Shown piece by piece: positions 40,270 through 49,740 of a stretch of DNA of 64,000 nt. A program made the position numbers and the translations under genes. Within the stretch, counting starts at the first letter, position 1. Every line of letters starts with the position of its first letter. The notes under the pieces were generated by a model. The model saw only the letters and a list, made by a program, of their open reading frames with translations. It did no database searches and was not told the DNA's origin. The stretch comes from an uncultured Gemmatimonadales bacterium (GTDB lineage: Bacteria > Gemmatimonadota > Gemmatimonadetes > Gemmatimonadales > GWC2-71-9): assembly GCA_963695555.1 (NCBI GenBank), contig CAVOGR010000002.1, positions 224,001 to 288,000 on the forward strand. The letters are read 5' to 3'.

Positions 40270-41135
40270 CTACGGTTGAGGCGCGTTTCGCAAAGCAATC
40301 ATGGCCACGAGGCTGTCCTGGACGATCTGATTGGCCTGCCCCAGCCCCCGGCTGACCGCCGCCTGGGTGAGACCCCGAAGGGTGACTCGAACCGCCCGCA
40401 CGGCGGTCGCCGAGGCAGTGGGATTGCCGCTGCCATCGAAGTATTCGAGCAAGAATCCGTTGGCGGCGAGCGGGCCGAGCACCGGCTGGAGGGCGACCTC
40501 GCCGGCACTCACCGACCGGGCGCCCAGCCAGGTTTGCCCCGCCGTGGCGAAGGATTCGAGCCGCATGACCTCATAGATCCGCACCGGACTCCCGACCATC
40601 ACGTCCACGATCCCGCTCGGAGTCGCGGCGGAGATGTCGGCGAACGAAAGCGCGATGGCCGGTCGGCCGGCGCAGGTACTGGGCGCGACGCCGGTCAGCT
40701 GGCGATCGACCCAGAGGTCGTCGTTGGGGTCGGCGGGATCGACTTCGGCGAAGATCAGCACGCGATCGCGATTGTTGTTGGTGTCGATGTTCCGGAGTCC
40801 GTAGTACGGCATGTTCGGCACATCCCAGATTCGGATCTCGGTCGGGGTCACGAGACACGACACTCCGGACCCGCGCATGGCGCGATACTGGATCGCGTTG
40901 GCCCCCATGACTTGCAGGTCCGAGGCGGTCCGGCATTGATGCCCACCTCAGCTAGCTCGGAGGGCACGAGAAACGCCCCGGTTCGAAGACTTGACTGCAG
41001 GCCCACCCGCTCCGCTTGTTCGCGGGACAGGCGCTGGGTGTTCACCAGCATCCGAACCGTCGCGCCGCCCACGATCGCCATCATCACGACGACGACCATC
41101 AGCTCGACCAGGGTAAACCCGCGTGTGTTTCGCAT
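40270..41135 (-). pseudogene. PilW-like minor pilin split by a 1-nt frameshift near 40930
   Basis: MRNTRGFTLVELMV N-terminal ORF continues in another frame as TASDLQVMGAN..ALRN. Confidence 0.75.
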
Positions 41136-41137
41136 GA

Positions 41138-41512
41138 CTATCGGCACCGGATGACGGTTTGCAGGGTATCGGTGTCGGTGCCGCCGGCCCGTGGGTAGGT
41201 GACGATGGCACTCACGGCTCTACTCGTGCCGGCGCCCGGCACGATCCACGTTTCCGTGACACCGTTGGCCGTGACGGGGCCGCCGCTCGCGAAGCCGCCG
41301 GCGGTGCACGGGGGGTTGGTGGTGTTGGCAAACGCGCGGAGGGTTTCCAGGCGCCGAGTGGCGACTTCCATCGCCATGGTCGTGCGCCGGCCCTGTCCGA
41401 TCATCCGCGTCGTCATGGCGGAGGACCCCATCAAGGCGATGACGCCGACGGAGAGGACAACAACCGCCACCAGCACCTCAACGATCGTGAATCCTGCTGT
41501 GCTCTTGGTCAT
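41138..41512 (-). CDS. PilV-like minor pilin
   Basis: AGFTIVEVLVAVVVL prepilin cleavage/methylation motif. Confidence 0.85.
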   Translation of the reverse strand: MTKSTAGFTIVEVLVAVVVLSVGVIALMGSSAMTTRMIGQGRRTTMAMEVATRRLETLRAFANTTNPPCTAGGFASGGPVTANGVTETWIVPGAGTSRAVSAIVTYPRAGGTDTDTLQTVIRCR

Positions 41513-41952
41513 TTGGTCATCACCCGGCCGAATCCGCTGATCATGACGGTATCGGCGTGAGAGCCCTTGGCCAGCTCGATCATGCCGCCGCTACGGCCAA
41601 AGCCGCGCGGGTCGACGGCGAGCATCGAGTCGGACGACGTCATGGTAACTCCGTAATCGTTGTACAGGTTCTGGACGGCAACGAGGGTGTCGAGGCCGCC
41701 GCCCGGCAGTGTGGCTGTGATCAACGCCGTGTTACCGCTGATGCGTACGGCGGTTGGACGATTGGTGGTCATGGCATTGGCACGGGCCTGGTTGTAGAGC
41801 GTAACGACCTTGGTCCTGGCCCCCCGCACGTCATTCTGCTGCACGACCGAGCGGAACCGCGGCAGGGCGAGCAGCATCAGCCCTCCCATCACCACGACGA
41901 CGATCAGCATCTCGCTCAGGGTGAATCCGGTCCGATTCTTAAGACCAGTCAT
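41509..41952 (-). CDS. FimT/GspH-like minor pilin
   Basis: TGFTLSEMLIVVVV..LALPRF..QARANA..ISGFGRV. Confidence 0.85.
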   Translation of the reverse strand: MTGLKNRTGFTLSEMLIVVVVMGGLMLLALPRFRSVVQQNDVRGARTKVVTLYNQARANAMTTNRPTAVRISGNTALITATLPGGGLDTLVAVQNLYNDYGVTMTSSDSMLAVDPRGFGRSGGMIELAKGSHADTVMISGFGRVMTK

Positions 41953-42050
41953 TTCATGTCCAGTTCGTTCGGTGTGTAAAAACTGCCCATGCCCAACCCG
42001 ATGGTCTCCGCTTGGGCCACCCGGGGCGGGGCTCTCTTCTCTACTCCACC

Positions 42051-42095
42051 AGCACACCTCATGCCATGTTTAGACTGTTGTTTTACAACAACTTA
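42051..42095 (-). promoter_or_regulatory. sigma54 promoter and IHF-like site of the minor pilin operon
   Basis: Minus strand TGGCATG-AGGT-GTGCT; TTACAA-CAAC-TTA near-IHF site in AT-rich upstream DNA. Confidence 0.6.
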
Positions 42096-42454
42096 CAAAA
42101 CATGACCGAATCGCGTCACCGGCATTATGCTACACTCGACTGTCGCGATGATGCACCAAGTCAGTTGGTGGATTGATTCAGTACATAGCTAGTGGACCAC
42201 TCGGGATCCTGCAATCCATAAAAATCGTACACTGTGCGGCCGAGAGACGTTGGATGAGACGGCTATGACGTTGTCCTGTAACAACTTAAAAATTGTCCGC
42301 CGGTACGGTAGGCTGTACAGGGATGGTGATTTCAGGTGACGTGACTCCTAGGCCCGGCGTGCTGCCCGCCCGGCTTGGCCACACGACCCTGCCGGGTTTG
42401 GCGATACCGGCCGGCGCTATCTTACCGCGACACCATCGCGGAGGGACACGGACC

Positions 42455-42973
42455 ATGCGACTCGCCGGCAAGCGCGTGCTGTTCTTCGCCGGGCCGCTCT
42501 ATGAGGACCTCGAGCTCTGGTACCCGAAGCTGCGCCTGGAGGAGGAGGGCGCGGTCACCACGGTTGCCGGGACCGGGGAGAAGAGCTACCAGGGGAAGCG
42601 GGGCTATCCCATCACGCCGGACACCGACGTACACCAGGTCGACCCGGGCACATTCGATGGGCTGGTCATTCCAGGCGGCTATGCGCCGGACATCATGCGG
42701 CGTTCTGAGCGGTTGCTTGCGGTCACCCGGGCCATCTACCAGGCCGGAAAGCCGGTGGCCTTCATCTGCCACGCCGGATGGGTGCCGATTTCCGCCGGCA
42801 TCGTCCGGGGCAAACGGGGCACCAGTGTCGGGGCCATCAAGGACGACCTGGTCAATGCCGGCATGGTGTGGGAAGACAGCCCGGTGGTGGTCGACGGCAA
42901 CCTCATTTCCTCACGCACGCCGGCTGACTTGCCGCACTTTGTCAAGGCCCTGATCACCTCTCTCGAGGACTGA
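42455..42973 (+). CDS. PfpI/DJ-1 family (type 1 GATase-like) protein
   Basis: YEDLELWYP, IPGG.APD, FICHAG, VVDGNLISSRTPADL. Confidence 0.92.
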   Translation: MRLAGKRVLFFAGPLYEDLELWYPKLRLEEEGAVTTVAGTGEKSYQGKRGYPITPDTDVHQVDPGTFDGLVIPGGYAPDIMRRSERLLAVTRAIYQAGKPVAFICHAGWVPISAGIVRGKRGTSVGAIKDDLVNAGMVWEDSPVVVDGNLISSRTPADLPHFVKALITSLED

Positions 42974-42980
42974 CCGTTCC

Positions 42981-43304
42981 ATGTCGCTCGCCGAGATTCA
43001 ACAGCGGGTCGATCAATGGATCGACCAGTACAAGATCGGGTACTTCCAGCCTCTCACCAACATCGCCCGCCTCACCGAGGAGGTCGGCGAGCTCGCGCGT
43101 GAGGTGAACCACCGCTTCGGTCAGAAGCCGAAGAAGGAAGAGGAGCCCCCGGGCGACTTGGGCATGGAGATGGCCGACATTCTATTCGTCATCGTATGCA
43201 TGGCCAATCGCGAGGGCATCGACCTCGACGAGGCGTTCGAGCGCATGATGAAGAAGGTCGAGCGGCGCGATGCAGACCGATGGGTCAAGAAGGAGAAGGA
43301 GTAA
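42981..43304 (+). CDS. MazG-like nucleotide pyrophosphohydrolase (YpjD-like)
   Basis: LTEEVGELA..EMADILF. Confidence 0.9.
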   Translation: MSLAEIQQRVDQWIDQYKIGYFQPLTNIARLTEEVGELAREVNHRFGQKPKKEEEPPGDLGMEMADILFVIVCMANREGIDLDEAFERMMKKVERRDADRWVKKEKE

Positions 43305-43314
43305 CCGGCGCCCG

Positions 43315-44223
43315 TTATTCCCAGGGCTTGGGTGCGGCTTTCACCTCACCGAGCAACACCAGGTAGCTCCTGTAGCGATCGTCCTGGATCGTCCCGTTTG
43401 CGACAGCCTCCAGGACGGCGCAATCCGGCTCGTGCAGGTGCCGGCAATCGCCAAAGCGGCATTGGGCCATGAGGGGCCGGAATTCAGGGAAGCAGTCTGC
43501 CAACTCGCCTGGCTCGACACCCCAGAGCCCCACCTCGCTAAATCCTGGTGTGTCGATCACGAAGCCCCCCACAGTGAGCGGGATCATGACCGCCGAGACG
43601 GTAGTCTGCCGTCCGCGGCGAATTTTGGCGCTGATCTCCCGCACGCGAAGTTTGAGGCCCGACTCGACCGCGTTCAGCAGGCTGGACTTCCCGGCTCCCG
43701 AGGGTCCGGTCACGACGCTGGCCCTGCCGAGCAAGCCTTTGCGAAACTCCTCGATGCCTTGGCCGGTCGTGGCGCTGGTGAGGTAAACTGAGTAGCCGGC
43801 GGACCGGAACCGCTCGGCCAACGCCTCGCCCGGGGCCAGGTCGATCTTGTTGATCGCCACGGCGGCACTCAGGTGATTGACCTCGGCGATCGCGAGGTGG
43901 CGGTCGAGGAGTTGGAGTACCGGTGCGGGGTCGATGGTCGCCGTCACCACCACCACCTGATCCACATTGGCCACGACCGGGCGGAGCCCTCGTCCCTCAG
44001 GCACGCGACGCGCGAGCACAGTCCGGCGAGGCTCCACGCTGGTGATTGCGTGAAGGCCCTCGCGCTGGCCAGCCTCCAAGGAGACAACGTCTCCGACGAC
44101 AACCTTTGGCCCCTCGTCTTTGGCCTTCCCGCTCAGCACAGCGCGGACCGTACCCCTGGCCGTCGCGATGTGATAGACCGAGCCGTCGCGCTCGAGCACG
44201 GTTCCGGTCAACGCGGCGGTCAC
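43315..44223 (-). CDS. rsgA: Ribosome small subunit-dependent GTPase A
   Basis: NKIDL, GPSGAGKSS, GRQTT, DTPG, Zn-finger CRFGDCRHLHEPDC. Confidence 0.95.
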   Translation of the reverse strand: MTAALTGTVLERDGSVYHIATARGTVRAVLSGKAKDEGPKVVVGDVVSLEAGQREGLHAITSVEPRRTVLARRVPEGRGLRPVVANVDQVVVVTATIDPAPVLQLLDRHLAIAEVNHLSAAVAINKIDLAPGEALAERFRSAGYSVYLTSATTGQGIEEFRKGLLGRASVVTGPSGAGKSSLLNAVESGLKLRVREISAKIRRGRQTTVSAVMIPLTVGGFVIDTPGFSEVGLWGVEPGELADCFPEFRPLMAQCRFGDCRHLHEPDCAVLEAVANGTIQDDRYRSYLVLLGEVKAAPKPWE

Positions 44224-44537
44224 CACTCTCCTGGGGCAGTCGCGATCGCCTCGTCCAACGCCGCTTTCACGTCGAACAGTGACAGAGCTTTGAGACGCTC
44301 TTCCGATTCTTCCCGCGTTCGGCCCCACGCGAGATACTCGGTCTCCACGTGACCAACCGCGCTCGTGCCTTCCGGGGACCAACGAATGAAGAGAAGGGCC
44401 GCGCCGTAGCGACCGGTACCGTCTGGCTCGTCATCGGTGAAGATGCCGACCGAATACGCTTGGTCGTCGCTGCCGCGAAACGCAGCGGCACGCCCATGCT
44501 TCTCCATATACCCGCCTAGTGTGACTTCGGGCTTCAC
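44220..44537 (-). CDS. Hypothetical protein
   Basis: GTGA overlaps with both neighbours; 105 aa. Confidence 0.7.
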   Translation of the reverse strand: MKPEVTLGGYMEKHGRAAAFRGSDDQAYSVGIFTDDEPDGTGRYGAALLFIRWSPEGTSAVGHVETEYLAWGRTREESEERLKALSLFDVKAALDEAIATAPGEW

Positions 44538-45466
44538 GAGCTCGGCCGCATCTCCCGCAGGATATTGCCCAACATGAACGCCACATTCGATGGGCGTTCG
44601 GCCAGTCGCCGCATCAGATAGGGATACCATTGGCTGCCGAAGGGTATGTAGACCCGCACGCGGGCCCCGCTCTCACGCAACTGCCGCTGGAGATCGCGGC
44701 GCACCCCGTACAACATCTGAAATTCAAACCGGTCAGCAGCAAGCCCGTGCTGGGCCACGAAACCTTGGGCGTGACGAATAATGCGTTCGTCGTGCGTCGC
44801 GATCGCCGGGTAATGCCCGTGGAGGAGCAGGCGTTCCATGAGGGTGATGAAGTTGGCATCGACATCGGCCTTCTTGGGAAAGGCCACGTCCGGTGGCTCG
44901 AGATAGGCACCCTTGCACAAGCGGACCCGAACGCCGTCTGCAATGAGGCGCTGGACGTCGTCTGCCGAGCGACGGAGGGCCGATTGGATGACGACGCCGG
45001 TGTGGGCTCCAAAGTGTGGGCCAATCTTACTGCGGTAGAATTCGAGCGTTCGTTGGGTGTAGTCGGAACTCTCCATATCGATCCGCACAAACCCACCGTG
45101 CTCCATCGCCTTGGACGCGATGGCGGACACGTTCGCCGCGCAGAGGCCTTCGTCGATGTCGAATCCCATCTGCGTTAGCTTGACGGAAACGTTCACCTCG
45201 AGGTCGTTGGCTTTGAGCTGGCCGAGCAATACCAGGTATTGATCGCGGGCGGCCTGGGCGGCCGGAGGGGCGTCGACACTCTCTCCCAGGAAGTCGACGG
45301 TCGCTCCGACGGTCAGGTCCCGGAGGCTGAGGGCTGCGGCCACCGCGTCGTCCACCGTTTCACCGGCCACGAACCGCGAGGCCATGCGCCAGGCCAGCCG
45401 GTTTCGGCGGACGAAGCGGTAGACTCCTCGGCGTTCAGAGAGCCAGAGCAGTCCTCGTCGCAGCAT
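44534..45466 (-). CDS. Monofunctional proline dehydrogenase
   Basis: RFVAGE, SVKLTQ, RIDME, RLCKGAY, ATHD, FQMLYG, YLMRRLAE. Confidence 0.93.
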   Translation of the reverse strand: MLRRGLLWLSERRGVYRFVRRNRLAWRMASRFVAGETVDDAVAAALSLRDLTVGATVDFLGESVDAPPAAQAARDQYLVLLGQLKANDLEVNVSVKLTQMGFDIDEGLCAANVSAIASKAMEHGGFVRIDMESSDYTQRTLEFYRSKIGPHFGAHTGVVIQSALRRSADDVQRLIADGVRVRLCKGAYLEPPDVAFPKKADVDANFITLMERLLLHGHYPAIATHDERIIRHAQGFVAQHGLAADRFEFQMLYGVRRDLQRQLRESGARVRVYIPFGSQWYPYLMRRLAERPSNVAFMLGNILREMRPSS

Positions 45467-45683
45467 GCTCGGCAGCGGGCTCCGTTCACAAGGGGTTCAC
45501 GTGCGGGGGATCACTTCCCGGGGCGCCCCGAAACTAGTCCCGCCGCTCGCGGCCTACAAGACGGGCAACGACCCCACACCGGGGTGTCGCACAGTGCCAC
45601 CCAGGGCCCGGGTCGAGACAAGGTGGTTGGTTTTAACTCGTTGTCATAAAAGAACTTAATGTGTTGGTCCGCGAGGGAAATTG

Positions 45684-45699
45684 TGGCATGAGTCTCGCT
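45684..45699 (+). promoter_or_regulatory. Candidate sigma54 promoter upstream of the riboswitch
   Basis: TGGCATG-AGTC-TCGCT (GG-N10-GC) preceded by an AT-rich tract. Confidence 0.5.
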
Positions 45700-45761
45700 G
45701 TTTCGTGGGGTGCGGGCAGAGGCCCGCGCAGCAAAAAAACTCGATTGGAACGGACACACGA

Positions 45762-45852
45762 TCCGCCCGATAAGAGCACACCCGGAGCGATCCGGGGCCG
45801 CAAAACTAGAGGTCTCCCCTAGCGGGTGAGATAGCTCGGTGCCGAAGGTGGA
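45762..45852 (+). ncRNA. GEMM-I cyclic-dinucleotide riboswitch, A20 (cGAMP-type) variant
   Basis: P1 TCCGCC/GGTGGA; CGATAAG-A-GC-ACA-CC-CGGA-GCGA(GNRA)-TCCG-GG-GCC-GC-AAAAC; P3 GGTCTC..GAGATAGC; GGTGCCGAA. Confidence 0.85.
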
Positions 45853-45863
45853 AGGCAGTGCGG

Positions 45864-45897
45864 AGCGTGATCCCAGCAAGGGTCGCGCTTTTGTGTT
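45864..45897 (+). terminator. Intrinsic terminator of the riboswitch expression platform
   Basis: AGCGTGATCC-CAGCAA-GGGTCGCGCT followed by TTTGTGTT. Confidence 0.75.
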
Positions 45898-45919
45898 AAA
45901 TCGGGCGTGGGAGCCGCAA

Positions 45920-46381
45920 ATGCCTCTCACGCTACACATCCTGAAACGCTGGGCCCAACTGGCCTGCGCCTTTGCCCCGGTGGCAATCGGCGGGTGCAGT
46001 GCCTTCGAGCCAAGCGACATTCCAGCTGGGGCCATTCCCATGGACCCTCCGGCGCACTTCACCGAGTGGTGGGCGCGCACGGAGCAGTGTTCGGGCTTGA
46101 CGGGATCCATGGCGCCGATCCACTGGTACGTGATGCCGAACGTCTCCTCGTTCCAGACGGACATCGGAGAGAAGGTCGGCCTCTGGATCAAGACCCAATC
46201 GCACGTCGCGATCGTCCTGGCGGAAACCTATGCCGATCACGAGTTAGTAGTGCGCCACGAGATGCTCCACCAGCTACTCCAGCGCGCGGGGCATCCGGCG
46301 GACTACTTCGATGGCAAATGCGGCCTGACCTGGGAGCGCTGGAGCGGTGGCCCGACGATGATGGCATCATCGAGGACGTAA
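45920..46381 (+). CDS. Small lipoprotein with HExxH zincin-like motif
   Basis: Lipobox-like IGGC; VVRHEMLHQLL..GH; GGGAG RBS. Confidence 0.7.
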   Translation: MPLTLHILKRWAQLACAFAPVAIGGCSAFEPSDIPAGAIPMDPPAHFTEWWARTEQCSGLTGSMAPIHWYVMPNVSSFQTDIGEKVGLWIKTQSHVAIVLAETYADHELVVRHEMLHQLLQRAGHPADYFDGKCGLTWERWSGGPTMMASSRT

Positions 46382-46416
46382 GCCGGCGGGCGCCCCTCGA
46401 TGCCCGCGAACAAACA

Positions 46417-46452
46417 TCAACGGGGCGTGGAGTGTCATCCACGCCCCGTTGA
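46417..46452. terminator. Probable bidirectional terminator
   Basis: Perfect 15-bp stem TCAACGGGGCGTGGA-GTGTCA-TCCACGCCCCGTTGA between convergent genes, T-tracts near both ends. Confidence 0.75.
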
Positions 46453-46471
46453 CGTTTTGAGTACTCGTGTG

Positions 46472-47323
46472 CTATCGGGTGAACTGTGTTACAAGACGAT
46501 CGAGGCTGGGATTGCCCACCCCGGTGAAGGTTCCCGTAAAGACCCTCGGCGGCTGACCCACGACTTGTAGCGTGACCACGTAGTTCGATTCGGCCTCGCC
46601 GCAGTCATCGAAGTACACCAGGTTGACCGTATAGCTGCCTGTCGGCGCCCCCCCGGTTGGCCACACGATGTTTTCGTTGTTGATGCCGTCGATAGCGCAT
46701 GCGGGATTGGAATCGAGATCCAACACCCCACCGCTCGCGGACGCACGATTGGCGAAGTAGACCTCTTCCTGGGCCGGATCGATCACGTGGAGATCGACAT
46801 CGGTCGGAGCATCCCACCACACGCTCGCCTGCACATCTCCCGTGGCAACCTGAATGATCCGGACGGCACTCGAGGCCGGTGTGCCCAATCCCCCACCTTG
46901 CGCGGCGGCCCCGAACAAGAACGTGGTATTGCTGGGACGCGCCTGGCGGCTCACCGACGCAATCAGGTCCGCCGACGACACCGGCGCGGGGAACGTCAGC
47001 TCGTAGTAGCCTTCGAGCCCCTGCACCGACACGACGACGCGGGCAAAGGGGGCGCTCCCAGTGGCCTCGACCTGGAAGCTACCGCCGTTGATGGCCGTCG
47101 GCGTGGCGTCGACCGTGACCGACGGTCCGCCCGCGGCAGCTGGTCGTCCGCCCTGACGCAGCACGCCGATCACGGCGCCGTCGGCCGTGGCGAGGCGGGT
47201 GACGATGTCCTGGATGTCCGGCAAGATCCCGGTGGGTTCGCTGTCACAGCCGCTGGCACCAACCCAGGCGAGTGCGAGCGCGAGCGCGAGGCCCTGCTTG
47301 CGAATGAACTGGAGTGCTGACAC
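46472..47323 (-). CDS. Lipoprotein with YfaP/DUF2135-like C-terminal domain
   Basis: AGGAG plus GTG, lipobox ASGC; WDAPTDVDLHVIDP..GGVLDLDSN..ENI..G.YTV. Confidence 0.7.
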   Translation of the reverse strand: MSALQFIRKQGLALALALAWVGASGCDSEPTGILPDIQDIVTRLATADGAVIGVLRQGGRPAAAGGPSVTVDATPTAINGGSFQVEATGSAPFARVVVSVQGLEGYYELTFPAPVSSADLIASVSRQARPSNTTFLFGAAAQGGGLGTPASSAVRIIQVATGDVQASVWWDAPTDVDLHVIDPAQEEVYFANRASASGGVLDLDSNPACAIDGINNENIVWPTGGAPTGSYTVNLVYFDDCGEAESNYVVTLQVVGQPPRVFTGTFTGVGNPSLDRLVTQFTR

Positions 47324-47581
47324 GCGACGACTCCTGCTGGAGTGAGTGATCTCGATCACGCGACAAACAAATGCCGGGATCGCCGGATATTCGCCGGTGC
47401 CGAGGGCAATCAGGATGCGTGCCACCGCGTGATGGGCGGACGAGGGCCCGGATTCAGCGGCCCTAACTGCCCTTTTTGGCTTGAGTTATCGCTCTGGAAC
47501 AGGAAATGGGCGCGGTGGGAGAACCGATGCCGCATCTAGAAATCGGCAACGGGGTTTGGCAGGCCGCAAGGGTTCGGAGCC

Positions 47582-49717
47582 CTAGGCGGCCGTCGGATAG
47601 TAGGTGTCGCCGCGCTGGGCCATGTCCACGAGACCTTGGGCCGGGGCGAACCGAGGCCCGAAGGCCGCCTCGAGAGCGCGCAGTACTCCCACGACCTTGG
47701 CAGGCCCGAGATCGTCGATCATCCGAAGGGGCCCGCCACGAAACGGCGGGAATCCGAAGCCGAAGATTGCTCCGATGTCGCCGTCCCGCGGATTCCGCAC
47801 CACACCCTCGGCCAGCGCCATGGCCGCCTCGTTCAGCAGGGAGTACACCAGGCGCTGCTCGATGGTCTCGGGGCTTACCGCGTCGGCGGCCCGAACCCCG
47901 AGCAGGGAATAGACCGATTCATCCGGACCCTGCTTGTGTCCTTTCCGATACAGGTAAAATCCGCGTCCGTTCTTCCGTCCCTGCCGCTTGTCGACGACCA
48001 GCTTCCCCATGGCATCCGCGGGCCGCAGCCGGTCACCAAACGCGTGGTGCATTACGGATCCACCCTTGTGCGCCACGTCGAGCCCGACTTCATCTAGCAA
48101 TGCCAGTGGGCCAACCGGAAATCCGAAGCGGGTCATGGCCCGGTCGATGGCGTCGATCGGGGTTCCCTCGGCAAGGAGATGGCCGGCTTCGTTGAGGTAG
48201 GGCGAAAGGATGCGGTTGACCCAGAATCCTGGGCGGTCGCCCACCACGATCACCGTCTTGCCCATCTTCTTGCCAAACGCCACCGCTGTCACAATGGCGT
48301 CGGGAGCTGTCAGTTCGCCGGGAATGATCTCGAGCAGTGGCATCTTGTCGACCGGCGAAAAGAAGTGCATACCCAGCACTCGTTCCGGGTGGCTGGCCTC
48401 GGCGGCGATGTCGGTAATCGGTATGGTGGACGTATTGGTAGCGACAATTGCGTCGTCGCGAAGAGCTGCTTCGATTTCCGCCAACACTTTCCGCTTGACA
48501 TCGAGATCTTCGAATACCGCTTCAATCACGAGATCGGCTAATCCGAAGCCGTCATAGGAAACCGTCCCCGACAAGAGCGCCTCGAGGCGGGCATGCTCGA
48601 ACTTGGAGATGCGTCGTTTTTTCAGCCGAACGTCGAGGATCTTGCGGGCCGCTCGGAGTCCGCCTGCAACGCGCGCCAAGTCGGTATCCTTGAGCCGGAC
48701 CCCGACCCCTGCCTTGGTGACCGCCGTTCCGGCGATCGCTGCACCCATGAATCCCGATCCCACGACGCCCATGTTCTCGATCGCGTGCGGGGTGGCGCTG
48801 CCCGCAGGCACACCGTCGTCCTTCTTCAGGGCCGTCGTCGCGAAGAAGATCTGAACCAGTTTGCGGGAAACGTCGCCTACGGCGAGCTCGCCGAATTTTC
48901 CGTGTTCTACCCGAAGGCCTTCGGTCATCCCTTTCTCGAGGCCGGTCCGGACGGCGTCCAGTGCCGCGAGAGGCGCCGGATAGTGGCCGCCGCCCTTCTT
49001 TTCGAGTTGGCGCCGTGCCCCGGCGTAGACTACACGACGGCCGAGCGGATTGCCGTCGAGTAGCCACCCCATGAGACCACCGGGGCGGCGGCGTTTCTGG
49101 ATTCCGCGCTCGACCAGGCGGCTGGCGGCTTGGCGTGCCACGGCTTCCATGATGGCGGGAGGGACCACCTCGTCCACGAGGCCCAGGCGGCGTGACTTGG
49201 CTGCCGGCACAGACCGACCCGTCAGAATCATGTCGAGCGCCGCCCTGGCGCCAATCAATCGCGGGAGGCGTTGGCAGCCACCCGCACCCGGCAGGAGACC
49301 GAGCTGGACCTCGGGTAAGCCGAGTTGGGTCTTTTGGTCGTCCGTTGCGATGCGGTAGTGGCAGGCCAGGGCCAATTCCAGTCCACCGCCCAGGCAGGTG
49401 CCATTGATCGCCGCCACGATGGGCTTGGGGCTCGATGCCACCCGGTTGATCATTTCCTGCCCATTCCTGCTCAACGCCTCCGCTTCCTCTTGCGTCTGGA
49501 TGGCGGTGAACTCTTCGATGTCGGCACCCGCGATGAAGTTGCCGGGCTTGCCGGAGCGAAGGACGAACGCGTGCACGCGTTCGTCCGTCTTGAGTTCGGA
49601 AAAGAGAGTTTCGAACTCGCGCCGGGCATCGGCGTTCAGCACATTGACCGGTTGGTCGGGAAGATCGAATGTGATGACGGCGATCCCCTCGTCGATGGAT
49701 ACCTGAAAGGCCGGCAT
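47582..49717 (-). CDS. fadJ: Fatty acid oxidation complex alpha subunit (enoyl-CoA hydratase/3-hydroxyacyl-CoA dehydrogenase)
   Basis: FIAGADI, LGGGLELAL, PEVQLG, GSGFMG, HFFSPVDKMPL, GFPPFRGGP. Confidence 0.92.
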   Translation of the reverse strand: MPAFQVSIDEGIAVITFDLPDQPVNVLNADARREFETLFSELKTDERVHAFVLRSGKPGNFIAGADIEEFTAIQTQEEAEALSRNGQEMINRVASSPKPIVAAINGTCLGGGLELALACHYRIATDDQKTQLGLPEVQLGLLPGAGGCQRLPRLIGARAALDMILTGRSVPAAKSRRLGLVDEVVPPAIMEAVARQAASRLVERGIQKRRRPGGLMGWLLDGNPLGRRVVYAGARRQLEKKGGGHYPAPLAALDAVRTGLEKGMTEGLRVEHGKFGELAVGDVSRKLVQIFFATTALKKDDGVPAGSATPHAIENMGVVGSGFMGAAIAGTAVTKAGVGVRLKDTDLARVAGGLRAARKILDVRLKKRRISKFEHARLEALLSGTVSYDGFGLADLVIEAVFEDLDVKRKVLAEIEAALRDDAIVATNTSTIPITDIAAEASHPERVLGMHFFSPVDKMPLLEIIPGELTAPDAIVTAVAFGKKMGKTVIVVGDRPGFWVNRILSPYLNEAGHLLAEGTPIDAIDRAMTRFGFPVGPLALLDEVGLDVAHKGGSVMHHAFGDRLRPADAMGKLVVDKRQGRKNGRGFYLYRKGHKQGPDESVYSLLGVRAADAVSPETIEQRLVYSLLNEAAMALAEGVVRNPRDGDIGAIFGFGFPPFRGGPLRMIDDLGPAKVVGVLRALEAAFGPRFAPAQGLVDMAQRGDTYYPTAA

Positions 49718-49740
49718 GGTCTCGACTCCTCTGGGGACGG

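Noticed and set aside
42070..42300. AT-rich stretch as a foreign insertion
   Set aside because: Short and explained by promoter/IHF DNA; no mobility genes or target duplications
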